Source: Dehalococcoidia bacterium (GTDB lineage Bacteria; Chloroflexota; Dehalococcoidia; Plut-88900). From it: a stretch of 64,000 bases of DNA. The DNA lies in NCBI GenBank assembly GCA_965197585.1, contig OZ240215.1, positions 1,792,001 to 1,856,000 of the forward strand. Reading direction: 5' to 3'. Made by a program: the position numbers and the translations under genes. Positions within the stretch are counted from its first letter, which is position 1, and each line of letters starts with the position of its first letter. Shown here piece after piece: positions 29,321 to 39,881 of the stretch. A model generated the notes under the pieces. That model saw only the letters and a program-made list of their open reading frames with translations. It was not told where the DNA came from and ran no database searches.

Positions 29321-31777
29321 CTAGTCCTTTATCTTCTCGCTTTTCGGGTCGTAGGGCGGGCTGAGCCGTACACTGGCCGAAAAACGCTCGGTAGCAACCT
29401 CTATTGCATAGGAGCCTGAGCGTATCCAGCCGGGAGTCGACCCTTCTTCATTTTCCAGGTAGCCCATAGCCACGGACCGACCCAGTGCGTGACCATAATT
29501 CCCTGAAGTTGTGCGGCCCACAATAACCCCATCTCGATAGATGGGCTCATCGCCCAGCAGGAGCGGCTCCGGGTCTTCCAGTACGAATATGGCCAGCCGC
29601 TTTTCCAGTCCCTTCTCCCTTTGGCGCAGTAGAGCATCTCTCCCGATGAAATCGACCCCCTTGTCGAAAGCCACCGCAAATCTAAGCCCGGCCTCCAGTG
29701 GAGTATCGACGCTCGTGATGTCGTGACCCCAGCTTCGGTACGCCTTTTCTAAACGCAGCGAGTCCAGCGCATGGTAGCCGGCATGCTTCAACCCAAATTC
29801 TCCGCCTTCTTCGACTATGGAATCGTACACGTTGCAGGCGTACTCACTAGGGACGTAGAGCTCCCAGCCCAGCTCGCCCACATAGGTAATCCGCGAGGCC
29901 CGCACCGGCGCATAACCGAGATAGATCTCCTTCGAAGTTAGAAACGGAAAAGCCTCGTTTGAAAGGTCGGCGTCGGTAAGGCGGGATAACAGGTCCCGGG
30001 ACCGAGGCCCCATCACACTCAACACAGCGTAGGATGACGAGACGTCTGTAAGCGTCGCTCTCGCATCATCGGGAATGTGCCTTCTCATCCAGGTGTAGTC
30101 CCGGGTCACCGACCCCGCTGACGTGACAATCATATACGTGTCTTCCGATATACGGTTTACCGTCAAGTCCGACACTATTCCGCCCTTCGCATTCAGCATG
30201 GCGGTGTAGACCAGACTGCCTGGTGCCACGGCTACGTCGTTGGCCATCAGGCGTTGCAGGACAGATTCGGCGTCGGCTCCTTGAAGCAGGAACTTGGCAA
30301 AGGAGGTCTGGTCGAACAAGCCTACGGCTTGCCGCACTGCCAAGTGCTCCTTGGCAGAATGGTCAAACCAATTCTGTCGCCCCCAGGAGTACTCGTAAAC
30401 GGGGTCAACTCCCTCTGGGGCGTACCAGTTGGGCCGCTCCCATCCGGCAACAACACCAAAGCACGCTCCCCGCGAAACGAGTCGTTCGTGCAGAGGAGAT
30501 TGTCGTACGTTTCGGGCCGATTCCGGCTGCCTGTGAGGCCAGTGCATGGCGTAGAGCAGACCCAGGGCCTCCCCGGTTCGGTCCCGCAGGTAGGCGGGAT
30601 TGTTTGCCCAACTCTGGAAGCGACCGATGTCCACCTCCGAGAGGTCCTCGGTCATTTCCCCCTCCGTGATCCATTCCGCCATAGCCTTCCCCGCCCCTGC
30701 CGCCGATGCTACGCCGCTGGAGTTGAAACCGGCTGCCACGAAGAAGTTGCGCAGTTCGGGAGCCTCACCCATGATGTAGCGGGTGTCAGGCGTAAAGCTT
30801 TCTGGCCCGACAAGTTTGATGCGCACTCCTGCATCGGCTATGGCCGGGACGCGGTCCATGGCATTTTCCATCAAGATGTCGTAGTGGCTCCAGTCACGGT
30901 TGAGCATGTGGAGGGAAAAGTCGTCTGGTATGCCGTCCATCCCCCACGGTACCCCCTCGGGCTCAAAGCCGCCTATTAGTATTCCACCAGCTTCGAAGGG
31001 GTATCGCCGTACGTAGATGTAACCATCGGGGTCGCGAAGTGAGGGCATGTCCTCCGAGGCCCCAGGCACCGGTTCGGTGACAAAGTAGGCGTGATCGGCA
31101 GCGTGCAGAGGAATGGATACTCCACACGACAGCCCGATCTCCCGTGCCCACATACCTGCGCAGTTCACCACTACTTCACATCTAATGTCTCCCCGTGATG
31201 TGGCCACGCCCGACACCGCTCCACCGCTGGTCAAAATGTTGTTCACAGGGGTGTTCTCGATGATTTGCGCGCCACGTCTCGTGGCCCCTGTCGCCAGTGC
31301 GTTAGCCGTGCTGTCCGGCACCGTTTCACCATCGTAGGGCAGGTGTACCGCTCCCACTAGCCCTTCGATGCTCATCAGGGGCCAGAGCTCTTTCGCCTCG
31401 TCCAGGCCAATCTCGTTCATCTCCACGCCGAAGCTCTTGGCCATGGATATCATTCGCCGAAGCTCGTCCATGCGGCCCTGGGTCCGGGCTACGCTTATGC
31501 TTCCCGTCTGTCGAAAACCGGTGTCCAGGCCGGTCTCATCCTTGAGCTCCTGGTAAAGCTGCACGCCATAGCGAGAGATATCCGTCAATGCGCGGGTATG
31601 GCGCAGCTGGGTTACCAGTCCCGCCGAGTGAGCGGTGGTTCCGCTGATAATGGCGCTTCGTTCCAGTACCACCACGTCTTTCCACCCCATTTTGGCAAGG
31701 TGATAGGCGACGCTGCACCCCACGATACCCGCGCCAATGACTACGACTTCGGCGTGTTGTGGTAAGTTCTTAGCCAT
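29321..31777 (-). CDS. Dimethylglycine/sarcosine dehydrogenase-like FAD oxidoreductase with GcvT domain
   Basis: IGAGIVG, GTTAHSAG, GPESFTPD, GWERPNW, TYVGELGWELY, SLRLEKAY. Confidence 0.92.
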   Translation of the reverse strand: MAKNLPQHAEVVVIGAGIVGCSVAYHLAKMGWKDVVVLERSAIISGTTAHSAGLVTQLRHTRALTDISRYGVQLYQELKDETGLDTGFRQTGSISVARTQGRMDELRRMISMAKSFGVEMNEIGLDEAKELWPLMSIEGLVGAVHLPYDGETVPDSTANALATGATRRGAQIIENTPVNNILTSGGAVSGVATSRGDIRCEVVVNCAGMWAREIGLSCGVSIPLHAADHAYFVTEPVPGASEDMPSLRDPDGYIYVRRYPFEAGGILIGGFEPEGVPWGMDGIPDDFSLHMLNRDWSHYDILMENAMDRVPAIADAGVRIKLVGPESFTPDTRYIMGEAPELRNFFVAAGFNSSGVASAAGAGKAMAEWITEGEMTEDLSEVDIGRFQSWANNPAYLRDRTGEALGLLYAMHWPHRQPESARNVRQSPLHERLVSRGACFGVVAGWERPNWYAPEGVDPVYEYSWGRQNWFDHSAKEHLAVRQAVGLFDQTSFAKFLLQGADAESVLQRLMANDVAVAPGSLVYTAMLNAKGGIVSDLTVNRISEDTYMIVTSAGSVTRDYTWMRRHIPDDARATLTDVSSSYAVLSVMGPRSRDLLSRLTDADLSNEAFPFLTSKEIYLGYAPVRASRITYVGELGWELYVPSEYACNVYDSIVEEGGEFGLKHAGYHALDSLRLEKAYRSWGHDITSVDTPLEAGLRFAVAFDKGVDFIGRDALLRQREKGLEKRLAIFVLEDPEPLLLGDEPIYRDGVIVGRTTSGNYGHALGRSVAMGYLENEEGSTPGWIRSGSYAIEVATERFSASVRLSPPYDPKSEKIKD

Positions 31778-32014
31778 GATTTAGCTGCGTAGGCTAGCAT
31801 TACCCTTCTGAGTGGTCAAACTTGACTGGTCTATCAACACCATAACAAGGAAGGTGTTTCACAAAGCCGCTTTCCTGTCTTGGAGACTGCGCAGATTGCT
31901 TGAACCATCCGATCGAGGTTGCCAAGTCCAGCTCCCCATAGACTGCATCACCCAGAAAGATATCGACTTTGAGGATTCCCGTGATCCACTCTATGGTTCC
32001 GACAAGCTAGCGGC

Positions 32015-32878
32015 ATGATTGCTGATAGCGTGAGCATGGGCCTGTTGGCGGCCCTGGGCTTCGGACTGGCCGAGTTCGCTAGCGCGCTGCTTGCCCGCAG
32101 GACCAGCCACTTCAGGCTGATCTTCGGAGTAAACGTAGCTTCCGTGCTGGCCGCCACTGCCTATCTGCCCCTCGATGGGGGCATCATCCACACATCGAGC
32201 CGGGAGTGGCTCACCTTCATCGGTCTCGGAGCCCTCTATAGCATGACCTACGTCCTGTATTACGCGTCCCTTCAACGTGGGCCCGTAGCCATCGTCAGCC
32301 CGATCATGTCCGTCTACAAGGGAGTCGTCGTAATCCTGGCCGTCCTGATCCTTGCCGAGTCTCTGTCCCCGGGCCAGTCCTCAGGCACTGCCGCGGCCCT
32401 GCTTGGCGTTTTCCTCGCATCGATAAACATCTCGGAACTGAAGGGCGGACGCATCGTCGTTGGAAGGGGCGTCTTCTTTGGATTCTTAGCCATGATCGCC
32501 TTCGGGGTCTTCTACTACTCGGTCGCTGCCCTTTCAAAAGACCTCGGCTGGTTCCTGCCAATCTACATGATCAGGATGTTCACAGCTGTTCTAGTGACGC
32601 CCCTCGCCATAAGGCAACGCCCCGAGCCCCACCAACGCCTAACCACCAGAATCACTTTGGCAATCCTCGCGATCGGCGCCATCGAGATCGGCGGAATGTT
32701 CGCTTTCGCTAGGGGCGCTCAAGTGGGGAATGTGGCCATCGTCGCCGCCGTCTCGTCCGCCTACACCCTCGTCCCGATCGCTGGCGGCATCACCGTACTC
32801 CGCGAGCGTCTGCACCCTATCCAGATTCTGGGGGTCGCATCGGTCGTGGTGGGAGTGCTTCTACTGAGCACAACTTGA
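32015..32878 (+). CDS. EamA/DMT family transporter
   Basis: About 10 hydrophobic segments; GPVAIVSPI, LRERL. Confidence 0.85.
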   Translation: MIADSVSMGLLAALGFGLAEFASALLARRTSHFRLIFGVNVASVLAATAYLPLDGGIIHTSSREWLTFIGLGALYSMTYVLYYASLQRGPVAIVSPIMSVYKGVVVILAVLILAESLSPGQSSGTAAALLGVFLASINISELKGGRIVVGRGVFFGFLAMIAFGVFYYSVAALSKDLGWFLPIYMIRMFTAVLVTPLAIRQRPEPHQRLTTRITLAILAIGAIEIGGMFAFARGAQVGNVAIVAAVSSAYTLVPIAGGITVLRERLHPIQILGVASVVVGVLLLSTT

Positions 32879-33081
32879 CTGCCTACAGAGCCTCCTAAAA
32901 CTGACCGCGTCAGCACAGACACATCTCCACCCATGCCACTGAGATACGTCGGTTTCCACAAAACAACGATCTCACCGAGCCCCGCGCCAACTCTGCATTG
33001 TCCTTTAAGGACATTTAGGCAGCCCCAGGTTAAGCACTTGCCGACTGCCCTCGGAGTAATGCCGTAACCCGGGCCCCTTTG

Positions 33082-34317
33082 CTACCTTATGGCCCGAGCC
33101 ATACGCAATCGGCCCACAGGTTTGTCATTGATTGGGAAGTGCACAATAGCAGCGAACACCCCGAAGCCGACTCCCGCCCACCACATAGCGTCATAGGAAC
33201 CTGTGCGGTCGTAGAGCAACCCGCCCATCCACACTCCAATAAAGCTCCCGACCTGATGACTCAGGAAAACAAGACCAAACAGGGTGGCCATGAACTTGAG
33301 CCCAAATATCTGCGCCACTATCCCCGTGGTCAAAGGCACGGTTGACAGCCAAAGTAGTCCCATTGACGCCGCAAATAGATAAATTGTCAGCCCGTTGGCC
33401 GGGGCCATCAGAAGTCCCAGGATGATCAGTGCCCGGGTGAAATAGATGAAGGACAGCCCCATCTTCTTGGAGTATCGTTGCCCGAACGCTCCTGACGCCA
33501 GAGAACCAATAATGTTGAACAGGCCTACTAATGAAAGCGCATATGCGCCTGTCTGAGGAGAGAGACCGAGATCAGTGACGTACGTCGGGAAATGCACGGT
33601 GATAAATGCAACGTGGAACCCGCATACGAAGAAGCCCGCCGTTAGGAGCAGGTAGCTCCGATGATTTACCGCCTCGCCCAAGGCATTGGTCAGGCCCTGG
33701 TCCGATGCTGGTTCCCCTCTCGATTCCGAGCTGCCTCGAAGGCTGAACGCCAGGGGTATCAAGACCAATGAGACCACCGACATCACCAATAGGGAGTCGT
33801 ACCAGCCGTAGCGGGATATCAAGGCCTGATTGATCGGAGAAAAGATAACTTGGCCTAGAGATCCTGCGGCTGTCCCAAGCCCCAACGCCAGGGACCGCCG
33901 TGCAGGCCCGATAAGGCGAGCAATGGCCGCCAGCACCAGGGAGAACGAGCAGAAGGCTACTCCCAACCCGACTAGAATCCCTCCGGTCAGGTGTAGCGCA
34001 AGCCCGCTGTCCGACATCGCCATCCCGGCAATGCCAACAGAGTAAACCGCCGCCCCTAGGGCGACTACCTTGGCTGTCCCGAACCTGTCCGCAATCGCCC
34101 CGGCCACCGGTACGCCAATGCCCCACAACAAGTTCTGGATCGCCATCGCCAACGAAAAGGTCTCCCGAGACCATCCGTTGGCAACCGTCATTGGCTCCAG
34201 ATATATGCCGAAGCTGGCCCGGATTCCGAACCCGATAAGAGAGATCAGGCATGCCGTCGCGATCACCGCCACTACGGCAAAGCGTCCGGGATTAGTGCTG
34301 ATGTAGGCGTAGTTCAA
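33082..34317 (-). CDS. MFS transporter
   Basis: About 12 TM; GAIADRFG, GFFVCGFHV, SHQVGSFIGVWMGG. Confidence 0.9.
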   Translation of the reverse strand: MNYAYISTNPGRFAVVAVIATACLISLIGFGIRASFGIYLEPMTVANGWSRETFSLAMAIQNLLWGIGVPVAGAIADRFGTAKVVALGAAVYSVGIAGMAMSDSGLALHLTGGILVGLGVAFCSFSLVLAAIARLIGPARRSLALGLGTAAGSLGQVIFSPINQALISRYGWYDSLLVMSVVSLVLIPLAFSLRGSSESRGEPASDQGLTNALGEAVNHRSYLLLTAGFFVCGFHVAFITVHFPTYVTDLGLSPQTGAYALSLVGLFNIIGSLASGAFGQRYSKKMGLSFIYFTRALIILGLLMAPANGLTIYLFAASMGLLWLSTVPLTTGIVAQIFGLKFMATLFGLVFLSHQVGSFIGVWMGGLLYDRTGSYDAMWWAGVGFGVFAAIVHFPINDKPVGRLRMARAIR

Positions 34318-34473
34318 GAGGGTTAATTTTGCAACAACTTAACGTCGTAGCGGGTGCGAAAGCCGATAGTTTTCTGTCGTAATTTCGCACGGCTTCTAAC
34401 TATACACGAGTGGAATAGGATGGCTTCAAGTCCACCGCCCACGAGTAGCGGACATCTAAATGTCTATGTCCTA

Positions 34474-35412
34474 CTACGAACCTTCGAGTTCGCCGTGCGA
34501 TTGTAGGGCGCGATGGGTGGCGATTCGCTGGGCGAGGTCGGGGAATGCAAGGTCAATCTCGTAACGGTAATCATCCCAGTAGCCATCCCGGCTGGGGTCG
34601 AAGTGCCGAGGTGGCGTGTCGCTGGCAAGAGCCAACTGTTTCATGCTCTGCTCGATCGTTCCTCGCTGTGCAGCGACTTCTTCAGGCGGGACAGGTGGAA
34701 GAACGGTGAGGCTCATGGACTGGTTGGTGCGAAGTGTGGGTGTAAATGGGTGCTCCCAGACACGGTGCCCACCCGTAACGACTACCGGGAGGATCGGACG
34801 CCCGAGGCGCTCCGCGAGATTGAAGGCTCCAGGCTGAAACGCGACTTCAATCCCGAGGATAGAACCTTGGGGGAATAGGAGGACGCTTTCTCCGGACTCG
34901 ATCGCAGCGCGGGCGTCGCGAAGGAGCGAACGCGTTGTCGATACCGGGCGCTCGGGCCGGATCAAAAGGTGCCGCCCGCGCTCCAGATGGCCGCCGAGAA
35001 CCGGGAACGCGGCAAGCTCGTCTCGGGCGACAACTGTGAACGAGAGTGGTAGATGTAGGAGCGCGAGGCCGTCGGCGAAGCCCTCGTGAAGTGCTACAAC
35101 CACGTACTGTTCGTCCGGGTCGATGTGTTCGAGGCCATTAATTCGGATGCGCAGACCAAGTAGGCGGGCGGCGAGCCGAGCCCACCAACGCTCCGCGGCC
35201 CGGCAGGCAGCCCGGCCTCGTATGGGCAACAGGTTTGGCAGCGCCGTAGCGAGTCGAAGTACGAGCCTTGCAGGACCGAGCAGTATGAGGACGGCTGCCC
35301 ACGCCCTAAGCCATTCCCGAGTGGAGCCGACAGCGAGATAGCCGCCGAGAAGGATGCGTGAAGCGCCGTCCGAGGCGACGGCGGCGACGGAAGCAGTATC
35401 GTCAGGCGTCAT
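34474..35412 (-). CDS. Lysophospholipid acyltransferase (PlsC family)
   Basis: HEGFAD (HX4D), LLFPQGS, ILPVVV. Start re-called to ATG at 35412, overlapping the upstream stop. Confidence 0.8.
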   Translation of the reverse strand: MTPDDTASVAAVASDGASRILLGGYLAVGSTREWLRAWAAVLILLGPARLVLRLATALPNLLPIRGRAACRAAERWWARLAARLLGLRIRINGLEHIDPDEQYVVVALHEGFADGLALLHLPLSFTVVARDELAAFPVLGGHLERGRHLLIRPERPVSTTRSLLRDARAAIESGESVLLFPQGSILGIEVAFQPGAFNLAERLGRPILPVVVTGGHRVWEHPFTPTLRTNQSMSLTVLPPVPPEEVAAQRGTIEQSMKQLALASDTPPRHFDPSRDGYWDDYRYEIDLAFPDLAQRIATHRALQSHGELEGS

Positions 35413-35740
35413 CGGCGACGGCGGTTCGGGCGTCCCCCACGAGGGCGAAGCGGAGCCCATCTTCATCGGGGACGACACCCTGGGTGCTGACCTTCCCGTT
35501 GATCGTAACTACAGGCGGGTGCCATCCGCCGCGGCGCAGGGCATCAATAATGTGGTTGAACCACGGCTTGATGCGAACTTCGATGTGGGGTAGGTCAGAA
35601 GCAATGCGCTGGACCAAGCGAACGGTTAAGTCGCACTCCTCGCAGACGGCGTGAGGCACGTTGAAGAACAGTTGCCGGCCGGTCATCGGATACACGGTCA
35701 CGACGGTCGGGGCTTGGGCGTCACTCGATGAGTCAATCAT
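35402..35740 (-). CDS. Small thioredoxin-fold protein
   Basis: CEEC motif and HPPVVTINGK (cis-Pro strand). Confidence 0.7.
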   Translation of the reverse strand: MIDSSSDAQAPTVVTVYPMTGRQLFFNVPHAVCEECDLTVRLVQRIASDLPHIEVRIKPWFNHIIDALRRGGWHPPVVTINGKVSTQGVVPDEDGLRFALVGDARTAVADDA

Positions 35741-35754
35741 TCAGTCGAAGTACT

Positions 35755-36903
35755 TTAGGAATCGAGCCCGTACAGATTTACAGCGTTCTCCCCTATGATC
35801 TGTCTCTGCTCCTCCTCGGGAAGATGGCGAATGCTCTCCTTCAACTCCGTCAGCGGCTCGGCGTGGCCTTCTGCGTGTGGGTAATCGGAACCCCAGACCA
35901 GCTTATCGGCGCCCAGCATCTGCGCGGTAAACGAAAATGCCTTTTCGTCCGGCTCGCCCGATATCCAGCACTGCCGCTTGAAGTAGTCGCTGGGCATCAT
36001 CGCTGCTCCCGGGTTGTTCCTCATGGCCGAGTCCATGGCATCCAGCCACGCGGGCATCCAACCGCAATGGGCCTCCACTACACCCAGCTTCAGGCGTGGA
36101 AAACGGTCAAACACGCCTCCCTGGAAGAAGGTAGTGAACCCTAGCTGGCAGTCCAGCTTTTGCATCAGGTCGAACCACCACCCGTTGCTGGTGAAGGTAG
36201 CCTTGTACAGATCGTTGCCCACGAACCTGGGGGTGCTGCTGACGTGGATGCCGATGGGCAAGCCTGCTTCCTCCACCTCGGCCCAGAACGGATCGTAGTA
36301 AGTCTCTCCGTATGGGATTCCGTTTACCGGCGGGTTCGGAAACATGTACACCCCCTTCGCCCCGAGCCTCGCCGTCCGTTTGACCTCCTCGACTCCGTTC
36401 TCCACTTCCATGAGCGAGACCATTGCGATGGGAATTAGCCTGTCCGGGTAGGGTCGGCAAAAATCTATGATCCAGTCGTTGTACACTCGGCAGTAAGCTG
36501 CTGCGAGACCGGCATCTCCGCACTCCGTCTGCCAGTTCAACCCCAGCGAGGGATAGAGGAAGGCGAGATCGATGCCCTGTTCGGTCATCCACTCTATTCG
36601 AGCATGAGGGTCCCTGGACCCGGGGGTCCTGCAATCCTCCCAGTTTAGGAGCTCCGGCTTATGCTCTTTCAATCTCCAGGCCGCCCCTTCGTCCAAAGTT
36701 CCGAGCCCTCCCAGGGCTCCGTTAAGGACCTCGGACCCCCTGCCGTCTATCTCCAGGTAGTCGAGTCCATCCTCACCGCTTACCACCTGCATAGCCCTAT
36801 CCCGATATCGAGGTTCCAGGTTCTCCTTCCACAGGTCTCCGGGCTCCATGATGTGCCCGTCGGCATCCGCTACCACCCCGTTATGTCTACCATTGGCACC
36901 CAT
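35755..36903 (-). CDS. Amidohydrolase_2 family protein
   Basis: DADGHIMEP, LYPS, GIHV, VWGSDYPH; start re-called to 36903. Confidence 0.9.
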   Translation of the reverse strand: MGANGRHNGVVADADGHIMEPGDLWKENLEPRYRDRAMQVVSGEDGLDYLEIDGRGSEVLNGALGGLGTLDEGAAWRLKEHKPELLNWEDCRTPGSRDPHARIEWMTEQGIDLAFLYPSLGLNWQTECGDAGLAAAYCRVYNDWIIDFCRPYPDRLIPIAMVSLMEVENGVEEVKRTARLGAKGVYMFPNPPVNGIPYGETYYDPFWAEVEEAGLPIGIHVSSTPRFVGNDLYKATFTSNGWWFDLMQKLDCQLGFTTFFQGGVFDRFPRLKLGVVEAHCGWMPAWLDAMDSAMRNNPGAAMMPSDYFKRQCWISGEPDEKAFSFTAQMLGADKLVWGSDYPHAEGHAEPLTELKESIRHLPEEEQRQIIGENAVNLYGLDS

Positions 36904-37161
36904 ATTTCTGATCTCCCTTCTAACACCCCTCGAACTCGGCAAGCGGCCCTGGATCAATTAGGTTTTCTCAATCTCCTCGGATTCTTGGCGTAAGCATGAT
37001 AACGGGCTTGTCGTATGAACGCCAATTCACTTCCTCTGACCATACCGGCAAAATTCTGGTGTAACTAGGTTATATGCAGCGTCAGAGGGGATCGCCAATC
37101 CGAAGCCTCCTTCCCGCCGGAGCACCGGTGTTAAAATCGACGGTCTAGGAGGCTGATCATT

Positions 37162-37584
37162 ATGCAAACGCTTTCAGTCGAAGAGGCAATTCAAAAGCCG
37201 GCCCCTCAAGTGTGGGAGGCCCTCACCGATTGGACGAACGCCCACAGGTGGATGCCCGGAATCGAAGGGATGACTGCAGGGGGAGAAACCGCCATAGGTA
37301 CGAAACTGACTTTCCGAGCCCGTGGCGCGGATCGCTCAAGCACCATCATCCACTGTGACATTGGTCGATCAATAGTCCTGCGTTCGATCCAGGGCGGTGT
37401 GACTGCGGATTACACATACGAAGTGCACGAGATAGACGAGCGTTCCTCCCGAGTCACCTTGGTCGCCAATTGTCAGATCACGGGGCTATGGTGGAAACTG
37501 GCGTCACCCCTGCTTCGTCTGGCAATCCGATTCTCCGACGGCAAGCAGCTAAGACTGTTAAAGGCCATGGTTGAGGAAAGCTAA
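37162..37584 (+). CDS. SRPBCC/polyketide cyclase (START-like) protein
   Basis: IQKPAPQVWEALTDW...WMPG pattern; AGGAGG RBS. Confidence 0.8.
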   Translation: MQTLSVEEAIQKPAPQVWEALTDWTNAHRWMPGIEGMTAGGETAIGTKLTFRARGADRSSTIIHCDIGRSIVLRSIQGGVTADYTYEVHEIDERSSRVTLVANCQITGLWWKLASPLLRLAIRFSDGKQLRLLKAMVEES

Positions 37585-37674
37585 TTCGGGTCATTCTCGC
37601 TGAAGTTTAGCCTGCCATTCTGGCCGATAGCGCCAATAGACAATCGATACCTTTCGAATACAACTCCGCGGCGG

Positions 37675-39480
37675 CTATGCAAAAGTTCCCTGCATGGGGT
37701 GCACTCCTTTGCTATCCTTCCAGTTCTTGGCCTGTTTCAGCATCTCTAGAGCGTTGGCGCGGGTTGCGCCGCTATCGGAGCCCAGCATCTGACTGAGTTC
37801 CGACACCCTGTCCTCGCCGTCCAGCGCCTCCACCGATGTCACGGTCCTATCATGTGAGGCAAGTTTTGTAACCTTAGCGTGGTGGTCTGCGTAGCACGCT
37901 ATTTGCGGGAGGTGAGTTACGCAAAGCACCTGGTGGCTCTTGGACAGACCCCATAGCTTCTGGCCCAGTACGCTCCCGACTCGACCCCCTATACCCGCAT
38001 CGATTTCGTCGAACACCAGTATTGGTATTTGGTCAGCCGTGGAAAGGATGGTCTTTATGGCAAGCATAAGCCGAGACGCTTCTCCCCCGGAGGCGACCCT
38101 GGCCAGGGGCCGGGGCGGCTCGCCCAGGTTCAGCGAGATCAAGAATTCCACGGAGTCTATACCTGTCCCGTTGTACGCTAGGTGCCTGATCGACTCCCCA
38201 CCCAAAGAAGATGTTGCGTTCGGGCCCGGACCCGCGGTCCCAACCGGCACCCCGTCCTCCGACTCTGATTGACGAATATCAACCAACACTTGGGCATGTC
38301 CCAAGGCCAACCCGGCCACCTCTTCCTGTATGGCATCAGCCAGGCGCTTGGCTGCGTGTTGCCGAGCTTCGGAGAGCTGACCCGCCAGCCTGCCCACCTG
38401 CCTTCGAATATCGATCTCTCGGGACTTCAACTCCTCCACACGCTCTTCGCTGTAATCTAGCTTTTCCAGCTCCTGCGAGGCCCGCTCGCCGAAGGCCAGG
38501 ATTTCTTCGATCGTACCGCCGTACTTCCTTTTGAGATTGTTGATTAAGTCCAACCGCTCCTCAAGCTCTTGAAGACGCGCCGGGCTGTATTCGATGCCAT
38601 CGCGATAGTTTCTCAGTCCATGCGCCAAATCCTCCACCTGGTGCGTCAAGGCGTCTACCAACTCAACAGTCTGGCTCAATGAGGGGTCCAGCCGCTCCAG
38701 TTGGGAAAGGTCCTTGGATACCTGCCCCATAAGGTCAATGACCGATTCGTGCCGGTCGAAACTATCGTATAGCGCTCGGTAGGCGTGGTCGGACAATGTG
38801 ATAATTTGCTCTGCATTGGCGACCCGGTCCCTCTCTATAGTGAGGTCATCATCTTCAGCTGGGCGTAGATTTGCCGTGCTGATCTCTCCTGCCTGATACC
38901 TCAGAAAATCAACCCGTTGAGCAAGCTCCTTTTCATCCTTCCGAAGCTGTTCTAGCTCTTGGCGAACTTCAGTTAGTTGGCGGACCACCCCTGCCACTTC
39001 GGTGCGAAGCTGCCCTAGCCCCCCGTACTTGTCCAGGATATCCATGTGCTCACGTACTCGGAGAAGGGATAGGTGTTGATTTTGGCCGTGAATGTCCACC
39101 AGGTGTTGGGCCAATGTGCTTAACAGCCTGAGAGGTACGATTCGCCCGTTCACGCGGCAGGTGTTGCGCCCATCCACGTTGACCTCCCGAGCGAGAATCA
39201 TCTCCTCTTCTCCGACGTGAATTTCGTACTCAGCCAGAGCAGCATCGATTTTCTGAGAGATGTCGCCGCCAAGCAGAAAAATGCCCTCTACCCTGGACCG
39301 GCGAGCCCCGGAACGTACCATGCCGACATCGGCGCGCCCTCCGAGTAGAAGACTCAGCGCATCCACGATGATCGACTTGCCCGCTCCCGTCTCCCCGGTC
39401 AGCACACCAAAACCGGGCGCCAACTCTATTTCGAGCTGTTCTATGGTGGCGAAGTTGGTGACACTGAGGAGTCTGAGCAT
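37675..39480 (-). CDS. recN: DNA repair protein RecN
   Basis: LTGETGAGKSI, DIHGQNQH, VASGGEASR, FDEIDAGIGG, VTHLPQIA. Confidence 0.96.
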   Translation of the reverse strand: MLRLLSVTNFATIEQLEIELAPGFGVLTGETGAGKSIIVDALSLLLGGRADVGMVRSGARRSRVEGIFLLGGDISQKIDAALAEYEIHVGEEEMILAREVNVDGRNTCRVNGRIVPLRLLSTLAQHLVDIHGQNQHLSLLRVREHMDILDKYGGLGQLRTEVAGVVRQLTEVRQELEQLRKDEKELAQRVDFLRYQAGEISTANLRPAEDDDLTIERDRVANAEQIITLSDHAYRALYDSFDRHESVIDLMGQVSKDLSQLERLDPSLSQTVELVDALTHQVEDLAHGLRNYRDGIEYSPARLQELEERLDLINNLKRKYGGTIEEILAFGERASQELEKLDYSEERVEELKSREIDIRRQVGRLAGQLSEARQHAAKRLADAIQEEVAGLALGHAQVLVDIRQSESEDGVPVGTAGPGPNATSSLGGESIRHLAYNGTGIDSVEFLISLNLGEPPRPLARVASGGEASRLMLAIKTILSTADQIPILVFDEIDAGIGGRVGSVLGQKLWGLSKSHQVLCVTHLPQIACYADHHAKVTKLASHDRTVTSVEALDGEDRVSELSQMLGSDSGATRANALEMLKQAKNWKDSKGVHPMQGTFA

Positions 39481-39691
39481 GGCTATGTCCGAAACTCAAC
39501 CCTTCCGGGCAATGCCCTTTGGCCTACCGGGGTGGAATCGAACCGGAGATTGGCCAACCAGCGGCTATGGCACTTGGCTTAACCGTTGGAAAAACCTTCA
39601 TCCCTTACGCAGATGCGGCAAGCACATAGGAGAGTGACATCAAATTCCAAAGCTACATTCAAGACGAAGGTTCTTGATTTTGACCAAACTC

Positions 39692-39766
39692 TGGTGAGCC
39701 GTGTGGGATTCGAACCCACGACACCCGGATTAAAAGTCCGGTGCTCTTCCGCTGAGCTAACGGCTC
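39692..39766 (-). tRNA. tRNA-Lys(UUU)
   Basis: GAGCCGT/ACGGCTC acceptor stem, CCGGA-CT-TTT-AA-TCCGG anticodon arm, GGTTCGAATCC, encoded CCA. Confidence 0.97.
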
Positions 39767-39881
39767 CCGAGCCCAATATTGGCACCCGTCCATCCCAGTG
39801 TCAATTTACCCTTGCACCTTCTCCTCCATCATCCCCGTGTTCGACCCAGGCATCCAGTGCTTAGGCGAGATGTAGGAAACC

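Noticed and set aside
39500-39766. Prophage or ICE at tRNA-Lys
   Set aside because: No integrase, phage genes or att duplication seen.
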